Shown here: positions 1-5,992 of the stretch, piece after piece
Numbering within the stretch: position 1 is the stretch's first letter
Layout: the number at the start of each line of letters is the position of its first letter
NCBI GenBank assembly: GCA_030600505.1
Contig: JAUVLY010000001.1
Span: 1-35,687, forward strand
Source of the DNA: Candidatus Falkowbacteria bacterium
GTDB lineage: Bacteria > Patescibacteriota > Patescibacteriia > Patescibacteriales > UBA12075
Reading direction: 5' to 3'
Length of the DNA stretch: 35,687 bases
The notes under the pieces: generated by a model
Databases searched by the model: none
The model's input: only the letters and a program-made list of their open reading frames with translations
What the model was told of the DNA's origin: nothing
Position numbers and translations under genes: made by a program

Positions 1-72
1 CTTTATTAGAGTAGATAAAACAAGTCATAAAGACTTTTTAATTATATAATCTAATTATAATGACTAGGTTAT

Positions 73-564
73 TTAGACCTCTGTTGCTAAGACAGTTACA
101 ATAGGGCTCTGTGGATCAGTGGCAGTTGTCGAAGAAGGCATTTTTAACCTTAACTTAAAGGGTTGCGTACCACCAGTTGAGACGCTTGCATCTAATGTAT
201 TATATGCCGTGTCGTCCATGGCAGTGTAAGCTGCATAGGTAGGGTCGTCTGTTGCAAACTCATGCATAAATGTTTCTGCACCTACTGCTGAATTAGAAAT
301 AGCCCAATTAGTAGAATTACTACTCATAATTTCAAATTTTTCTGTAACATTGCCGTTATTTGTTGCAGTGATTACTACTGACGGACCACTTGTGTCATTG
401 ATATCTAGTACTCCATAATCCACGCTACCTACGTCAACACTTACTGCGATGGCTTGAGGAGTAACTGTACAACTAACAGTATCTGTTGTGTCTGCCTGCA
501 CGGCCAGACCAATGGCCAGACCAATTACTGCTAAAATCGCGATTGATGTAATTAATGATCTCAT
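73..564 (-). CDS. Secreted hypothetical protein, beta-rich (surface/WxL-like fold possible)
   Basis: 163-aa ORF with a hydrophobic signal peptide ending in an AxA-like site (AVQA); Thr/Ser/Val-rich mature part; canonical promoter upstream. Confidence 0.75.
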   Translation of the reverse strand: MRSLITSIAILAVIGLAIGLAVQADTTDTVSCTVTPQAIAVSVDVGSVDYGVLDINDTSGPSVVITATNNGNVTEKFEIMSSNSTNWAISNSAVGAETFMHEFATDDPTYAAYTAMDDTAYNTLDASVSTGGTQPFKLRLKMPSSTTATDPQSPIVTVLATEV

Positions 565-773
565 AATTTTTTTTTATTACTTTTTAATTAATATATTTAT
601 TTTACGCCTTAGAGCGACCTTTGTTTTTTTCTAAGACATTATTAATAATTTTTTAACTAGTTTGATTATTTCTTAAAAACAAAAAGCAGAGCCCCTCCAG
701 AACTGTCTATGGTTTTAGGTTCTCTGTTTTTAATTCTAAAAGATATTTATTTAATTATACACTCATAAAAAAT

Positions 774-802
774 ATTTTAACTTATACTTAAGGTTTTGTC
801 AA
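774..802 (-). promoter_or_regulatory. Sigma70-type promoter for the 73..564 gene
   Basis: Minus strand reads TTGACA-17 nt-TAAAAT. Confidence 0.65.
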
Positions 803-815
803 AAAAGTTTTGTTT

Positions 816-933
816 TGGCTCCCGGGGCAGGTTTACAGAATCATGCACCACAAAACGCCCCTGTTGGGGCGTTTGTGTCGCTTGCTCGCGTACTCGGACA
901 GCTTCCGAACTTTTTTGACTGAAATTAGATAAT
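816..933. other. Degenerate tRNA-3'-end-like att remnants (putative left island boundary)
   Basis: GCTCCCGGGG at 818-827 is identical to 5131-5140, the tRNA-Asn 3' end. A second degenerate copy, TGCTCGCGTACTCGGACAGCTTCCGAAC, lies at 883-910. A GC hairpin (853-874) sits between them. Confidence 0.45.
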
Positions 934-944
934 TTGTTTTTTTC

Positions 945-1673
945 TTAGTCAAGTGAGCAATTAAAGATTAAATATATCGGAAAATTATTGTATCTTTCTA
1001 GAAATTTGTTTGTATTCTCATTTCTGGGCTTAGTAGGTTTGCATTCATCCATATTATCAACCCTGAGGCCTGAACTGACAATTAGATTAAAATAATCGCT
1101 AATTTTTCTATGATAATCTTCAAATAGAAAATTGCTATTATCAAATTTTTGTGAAACCCTGAATTTTACTTCTGATTTAAAATAACCCTGAAAATTTACT
1201 TTTACATCATTTCTTGTAAATAAAAATTTTTGCATATAATGATTAAAGCCTGGGTGTCCAACGCTAATAACAAGACGGCCATCCTTTTTCATTAAGCTCC
1301 TCATTTTCTTTAAAGTTTTTTTTATTTCTGCTTTTTCCCGAATAGCCGGCAAAACCATGCTTAGAATAATGAAATCGAATTTATAGTTGGTTTTGTTTTT
1401 GAAACTAGACGTATTGGCTACGAAAAAATTTGCCTCAGGGTATGTTTCCTTGGCCGAAGTAATCATATCTTCTGATACGTCAAAACCATAATAATTATAG
1501 CCCAGTTTTTTCGCAATTGAAAAAATATCTCCTCGACCACAACCTGCGTCAAGGAGTCTTATTTTGTTACCTTTCTTCTCTTTTATCGCCCTTTTTATTC
1601 CCGGGAACAAAATGTATTGATTTACTTTTCTTGGTTTGTAATTTTTTGCTGATTTGCCGTAGTATTCTTGCAT
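945..1673 (-). CDS. Class I SAM-dependent methyltransferase
   Basis: Motif I LLDAGCGRG, acidic GFDVS, FDFIIL, and post-II MKKDGRLVIS. Confidence 0.9.
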   Translation of the reverse strand: MQEYYGKSAKNYKPRKVNQYILFPGIKRAIKEKKGNKIRLLDAGCGRGDIFSIAKKLGYNYYGFDVSEDMITSAKETYPEANFFVANTSSFKNKTNYKFDFIILSMVLPAIREKAEIKKTLKKMRSLMKKDGRLVISVGHPGFNHYMQKFLFTRNDVKVNFQGYFKSEVKFRVSQKFDNSNFLFEDYHRKISDYFNLIVSSGLRVDNMDECKPTKPRNENTNKFLERYNNFPIYLIFNCSLD

Positions 1674-1824
1674 TTGTGGCTAGTTAACATATATGCTTAT
1701 TATATGTAATAATTTAAAAAACATCAATTTTTTTACACAATTTTTTTACGCTTGCTATTTTAATTATTTTGTGTTATAGTATTTTATTGCACATTAACAT
1801 TTTAAACATAAAGAGAGGATAATC

Positions 1825-2823
1825 ATGAAATATATTGATTCTGATAAACTGGCAAAGGGATTAAGAAAAAGGCTTGTTAATTTAAACGATAAAAAAGTTT
1901 TAATTGCACAACTTCTGGAAACAGAAGAAGAAAAAGATAGTTATACAAAAGTAAATTGCCATGGCTTCGGACGCATAAGAAGTTTTTCTAATTATTCCTT
2001 ACACCTTAGAAATTCGCAAAAGAATAAAAACGAACAAATTAAACCATTGTTAAGAGGGTGCGACAATAGCAAGGTATTGCTCGCGCAGGCTTTTCAGATC
2101 GCAGGTTGTAATTGGAATTGTTGGTATTGTTTTGTTGATATGTCTCGGAGAATAGCTCAAATTAAAAATGGGGAGTATTTTTCCGCGAGTGAGCTCGTTG
2201 GCATGTTTTTGGCTGTAGAAGACATTAATATTCTTGATTTAACCGGTGGACAACCAGACCTTGTTCCTGAATGGATTCTTTGGGTTATGGAAGAGCTTGA
2301 TAAGAGAAATTTAAGGAATAAAATATTTCTCTGGGTCGATGACAACTTAAGTACTGATTATTTTTGGAAATACTTAAATGACGGACAGATAGAATATATA
2401 ACAAAATTTCCAAAGCATTCAAGGGCTGGTTGTTTTAAGGGTTATGACGAAAGCTCCTTCTCCTTTAATACCGGAGTAAGTTCAAGATTGTTTCAAAGAC
2501 AATTTGATTTATTCAAGCGTTTTATTAAAGAAGGCATGGACATGTACGCGTATGTCACGTTCACAAACAAAGAAGATATCCATCTGGATAGGAATATAAA
2601 ACTTTTTATGGACAGACTACAACGCCTACACCATAACCTTCCCCTAAGGACAATCCCTTTAAAAATCGTTTCTTTCTCGGCAGTTCGTTCATCAAATCAA
2701 GAAAATTTTAGCCATGCTTTAACTTTTCAATTTGAAGTTTACAGCGCTTGGCAAAATGAGCTGTACAATAGGTTTGACTCAAGAGAAATAGACCTGCCAT
2801 ACGAAAAAATATCATTAGCTTAA
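1825..2823 (+). CDS. Radical SAM protein, function unknown
   Basis: CxxxCxxC motif (CNWNCWYC); GGE-like motif LTGGQP; SD-like GAGGA upstream. Confidence 0.85.
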   Translation: MKYIDSDKLAKGLRKRLVNLNDKKVLIAQLLETEEEKDSYTKVNCHGFGRIRSFSNYSLHLRNSQKNKNEQIKPLLRGCDNSKVLLAQAFQIAGCNWNCWYCFVDMSRRIAQIKNGEYFSASELVGMFLAVEDINILDLTGGQPDLVPEWILWVMEELDKRNLRNKIFLWVDDNLSTDYFWKYLNDGQIEYITKFPKHSRAGCFKGYDESSFSFNTGVSSRLFQRQFDLFKRFIKEGMDMYAYVTFTNKEDIHLDRNIKLFMDRLQRLHHNLPLRTIPLKIVSFSAVRSSNQENFSHALTFQFEVYSAWQNELYNRFDSREIDLPYEKISLA

Positions 2824-2832
2824 TAGGAGGTC

Positions 2833-4617
2833 ATGATGAATAAATATTATTCCCTCACACAGACATTGCAATGCGGCCATGCTTCATCTCAAAAAATTGC
2901 TATTTCAAGTGATGGTGTCTTTCTTGTTTCGGGACTATGGAGCGGCATAATTGACATTTGGCAATTATCTTCAAATGCAATACTTTACCGATATAACGAA
3001 CATTCCGAAGCAATTACTGATTTAGCAGTAACGCATGATAAAAAGGTAATTTCAGCTTCTTACGATGGTGATATTTGTATCTGGGATATAGACATGGGAG
3101 AAAGGATTTATAAAACCAAAAAATTCGGAGTAATCAAAAAAATAATTATATCCGATGACGGCGAATATGTCGGCCTTGTTAACTCAAGTAACAGGATAAG
3201 GTTTTTAAACCTTAATGATTTTAGAGATGATTTTTCAATATCAACCAAGACAAGAGAGATTACAAGTATAATTTCTCACAAAAATGGAAAATACTATATC
3301 ATTGGTTCGTTTACGGGCGAAATAGAGATTTGGGATAATCAAAATTTCAGAAGTATTTGTATGTTTAGGGCTCATAATGAACCGATTACAGGTTTAACAA
3401 CAGACATACAAGGTACAATATACTCAGCATTTTGGGACTGTACGGTAAAAGCATGGGATATTAATTGGCTTCAAAAAGTCAAGCAGAAAGGTGTTTTTAA
3501 AGGACACTCAAGTTGGATTTTAGACATTGACGTTGCAGCTGACAACACGCTGATTACATGCTCAACAGATAGGACGATCAGAACATGGGACATTGCGAAA
3601 TATTCGGAAAAAGAAGTGCTATTCGGCCATGCCGCCCCCGTTATATCCATATCCATATTTTTACCAGAACAAACTATCATATCAAGTTCAGCTGACCATA
3701 CCATAAAAATCTGGGAGAGAGAAAGAAATTGCAAGGAAGATCAATTCCACAAAAATTCAGTCTGGGGAGTAAAATTCGATTCAAAAAGCAAAACGGTTAT
3801 TTCTTCATCGGCAGACAGATCTATTGGTCTTTATTGGCTAGACAGCAAAAAATGCAAACAACTAAACGGTCATCGAAGTTGGGTAAATAATTCTTCTATT
3901 TCCCATAAAGGAGATTTTGCGATATCAGCCTCGGCTGATAATCAGCTAATGATTTGGGATATCGAATCAGGATGCCGCACGAATACCCTGCTGGGACATT
4001 CAAGGTGGGTAAACGATGTTGTGATTTCCCAAAATGATATGATCGCAATTTCTGGATCGGCTGACAGGACTGTACGAGGATGGGATTTGAAAAGTAAGGT
4101 CGAAAAATTTTTATTAATTGGACACAAATGTCAAGTAACTTCAGTTGACTTAACGAGTGATAATTCTCTGGCTATTTCTGCTTCCGCTGACCATACCATA
4201 AAAATTTGGAGACTTTCTGATCAGAAAAATATCAAAACTTTAACTGGCCACAATGGGGCCGTAACTTCAATTTCTCTGGCGCATGAGAGTAATATTATTA
4301 TCTCCGGCTCCTTGGACGGATCACTTAGATTATGGGATTTTAAAAACCATAATGAATCCGAAATTCTTCAAAACGACGTTCAGAGAATTTGGTATGTTTC
4401 AATAACACCAAATGCCGAAAGGGCTGTATCTATTTCCGGAATGTTTATATATTTATGGGATGTCAAAAATAAAACCTTAATATACAAACATGCCAACAAG
4501 TGCATTTTTACAGCCTGCGCCATTTCGCCCGACGGGAGACTGTTTATCGGCGCCGATTTATTTGGCAAACTTCACTTATTTGGTGTTAAAAAGGAGAAAA
4601 AAATTGGCACAATATGA
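2833..4617 (+). CDS. WD40 repeat protein (~14 blades, likely a double beta-propeller)
   Basis: Repeated GH...S.S.D.T(I/V)(K/R).WD units; SD AGGAGG at 2825-2830; starts 9 nt after the radical SAM stop. Confidence 0.92.
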   Translation: MMNKYYSLTQTLQCGHASSQKIAISSDGVFLVSGLWSGIIDIWQLSSNAILYRYNEHSEAITDLAVTHDKKVISASYDGDICIWDIDMGERIYKTKKFGVIKKIIISDDGEYVGLVNSSNRIRFLNLNDFRDDFSISTKTREITSIISHKNGKYYIIGSFTGEIEIWDNQNFRSICMFRAHNEPITGLTTDIQGTIYSAFWDCTVKAWDINWLQKVKQKGVFKGHSSWILDIDVAADNTLITCSTDRTIRTWDIAKYSEKEVLFGHAAPVISISIFLPEQTIISSSADHTIKIWERERNCKEDQFHKNSVWGVKFDSKSKTVISSSADRSIGLYWLDSKKCKQLNGHRSWVNNSSISHKGDFAISASADNQLMIWDIESGCRTNTLLGHSRWVNDVVISQNDMIAISGSADRTVRGWDLKSKVEKFLLIGHKCQVTSVDLTSDNSLAISASADHTIKIWRLSDQKNIKTLTGHNGAVTSISLAHESNIIISGSLDGSLRLWDFKNHNESEILQNDVQRIWYVSITPNAERAVSISGMFIYLWDVKNKTLIYKHANKCIFTACAISPDGRLFIGADLFGKLHLFGVKKEKKIGTI

Positions 4618-4915
4618 TGAAAAAAAAATTAAACAATATATTCAAAAAAGAAGAGTCACTCTCTTTATGAACGGCGAGGAAACAAGCCCAAAATGCTGGT
4701 TTTCGCTTTGCGCAATTGAGATATTAAAAATGTGCAATACTGAATTCCACGCAATTAATATTTTAGAAAGACCTGCGATGTGCGACTTCGTAAAAAAATA
4801 TTCAAGCTGGCCGATGTTTCCTCAACTATTCATTGACGGTGAATTTATTGGAGGAAGCCACATAATGATTGAAATGTATCAATCTGGCAATCTGCAAAAA
4901 ATAATCCACAATTAA
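4604..4915 (+). CDS. Monothiol glutaredoxin (Grx4/GrxD-like), divergent CWFS active site
   Basis: LFMNG..SPKCWFS, YSSWPMFPQLFIDGEFIGG and MYQSGNL match the Grx4 family. TTG start at 4604 follows SD AAGGAG (4591-4596) and is in frame with the 4490 ORF. Confidence 0.85.
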   Translation: MAQYDEKKIKQYIQKRRVTLFMNGEETSPKCWFSLCAIEILKMCNTEFHAINILERPAMCDFVKKYSSWPMFPQLFIDGEFIGGSHIMIEMYQSGNLQKIIHN

Positions 4916-4938
4916 AACCTCTTGCAAATTAGAGGTCA

Positions 4939-4972
4939 AAAAGGCATTCGAGTAATACTACGAATGCCTTTT
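4939..4972. terminator. Intrinsic terminator after the radical SAM operon
   Basis: AAAAGGCATTCG-loop-CGAATGCCTTTT perfect inverted repeat. Confidence 0.65.
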
Positions 4973-5097
4973 AAAATAAATAAAACTTTATTCAAATCAC
5001 ATGCCAAGAAAAATTGACAAGAGAAAAAATAATGGTGGAGCTAGGTGGGGTGTCGGAAGGCCTTTCGGCCCAAATCTACAACCCGCAGAAACAAATA

Positions 5098-5126
5098 AAA
5101 AACACTGGCAAAAGCCAGTATTTTTT
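5098..5126 (-). terminator. Terminator downstream of tRNA-Asn
   Basis: ACTGGC-AAAA-GCCAGT stem with flanking A/T runs, right after the tRNA 3' end. Confidence 0.6.
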
Positions 5127-5251
5127 ATTTGCTCCCGGGGTCGGATTCGAACCGACGACCAATTGGTTACACTTTACCCCCTGGTTTCCCAGAGGAGTGG
5201 ACTATATCATCATCCTTTGATTAAAATAAGGATGCGAGGCGCTTCCCCCTA

Positions 5252-5290
5252 CCTCACCCCAGCCCTCTCCTTCTAAAGGAGAGGGGGTGA
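5252..5290. repeat. CCTCACCCC..CCCTCTCC/GGAGAGGG palindromic repeat inside the intron
   Basis: Same motif family as the free-standing copy at 18211-18280. Confidence 0.6.
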
Positions 5291-5429
5291 AATAAGAGTA
5301 CTCTCTTTCGAGATAGTCTCTGAACCTGCCCCGATTGCTCGGGGATTGGCTGCTGATTACCTTGTCCATTAAAGACGATAAGAGATTTAGGCTTCCAGAC
5401 AGTTCACCTCGTTATTCGACCATGATTGC

Positions 5430-5738
5430 TCATGGAAGCTGCGTTAACCGTTCGTGCACTTCTCGATGGCAATTGGCGCATAATAATTCACATTTATCTA
5501 ACTCTTTTTTAACTTCTTTCCAGCTTCTGGTATATCCTTTAGCTGATATTCCGAAGTCTTTATTATTTTCATCAGTATGATGAAAATCAAGAGCTTGGAT
5601 GCATTTATTATACCCACAAATTGTACATTGAGCGCCTTTGTATTCAATTGCCATTCGGCGGATTTTTTTCCGCCGTTTTGTAACAGCCATTTTTAAATAC
5701 TCAGCACGATCGGCATAAGTACGATTATCCTTTGCCAT
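5430..5738 (-). CDS. Intron-encoded HNH endonuclease (putative homing endonuclease)
   Basis: CxxC (CTIC), DFHH and LLCANCHREVH form a Zn-binding HNH signature; basic N-terminus; lies within the intron P1 loop. Confidence 0.88.
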   Translation of the reverse strand: MAKDNRTYADRAEYLKMAVTKRRKKIRRMAIEYKGAQCTICGYNKCIQALDFHHTDENNKDFGISAKGYTRSWKEVKKELDKCELLCANCHREVHERLTQLP

Positions 5739-5863
5739 ATTTTTTATAAGGAAAGGCGATTAGTGTACACAGCCAACTGCGCTACCGCTGCGCTACCCGG
5801 GAATAATTGATTGTTAATTTATGTTTATTTTAAACATAAAACCTGCCCTTTGGCAGCGCTTAT

Positions 5864-5892
5864 ATAATACATAATTATTTTAAAATAGTCAA
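5864..5892 (-). promoter_or_regulatory. Sigma70-type promoter of tRNA-Asn
   Basis: Minus strand TTGACT-17 nt-TATTAT, ~60 nt upstream of the tRNA. Confidence 0.6.
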
Positions 5893-5992
5893 CAATTTAA
5901 TTCAAAATTTTTTATACATTTTATTAATATAGTGATATAATATAAATTATTAAATTTATAATTACAAAAATTAAGATAATAAAAAATTCTTT

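Larger units (their letters stand above)
5170..5768 (-). ncRNA. Group I self-splicing intron (599 nt) inserted between anticodon positions 35 and 36
   Basis: 5' exon ends in U and the intron ends in G. Core elements: Q AATCAGCAGC (5358-5349), R GTTCAGAGACTA (5325-5314), S GATATAGTCC (5208-5199), P7 GACTA/TAGTC, P3 CGAGG/CCTCG. IGS GCAGC (5442-5438) pairs with exon GCUGU through the U.G pair. Confidence 0.93.
5132..5802 (-). tRNA. tRNA-Asn(GUU), intron-interrupted; 5' exon 5802-5769, 3' exon 5169-5132
   Basis: The spliced sequence TCCCGGG TA GCGC AGCGGTA GCGC A GTTGG CTGT^TAA CCAAT TGGTC GTCGG TTCGAAT CCGAC CCCGGGA G folds into a complete cloverleaf with anticodon GTT and discriminator G. CCA is not encoded. 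Confidence 0.95.

Noticed and set aside
816..840. Second intact tRNA gene
   Set aside because: Only the acceptor-end words are present, with no T loop, anticodon arm or D arm.
4490..4603. N-terminal extension of the glutaredoxin ORF
   Set aside because: It overlaps the WD40 gene; family similarity and the SD point to TTG at 4604.
5014..5580. Plus-strand ORFs 5014..5220, 5335..5580 and the 3' part of 5001..5276
   Set aside because: They are antisense to the tRNA exon, intron core and HNH gene; APGVGFEPTT is the typical translation of an antisense tRNA.
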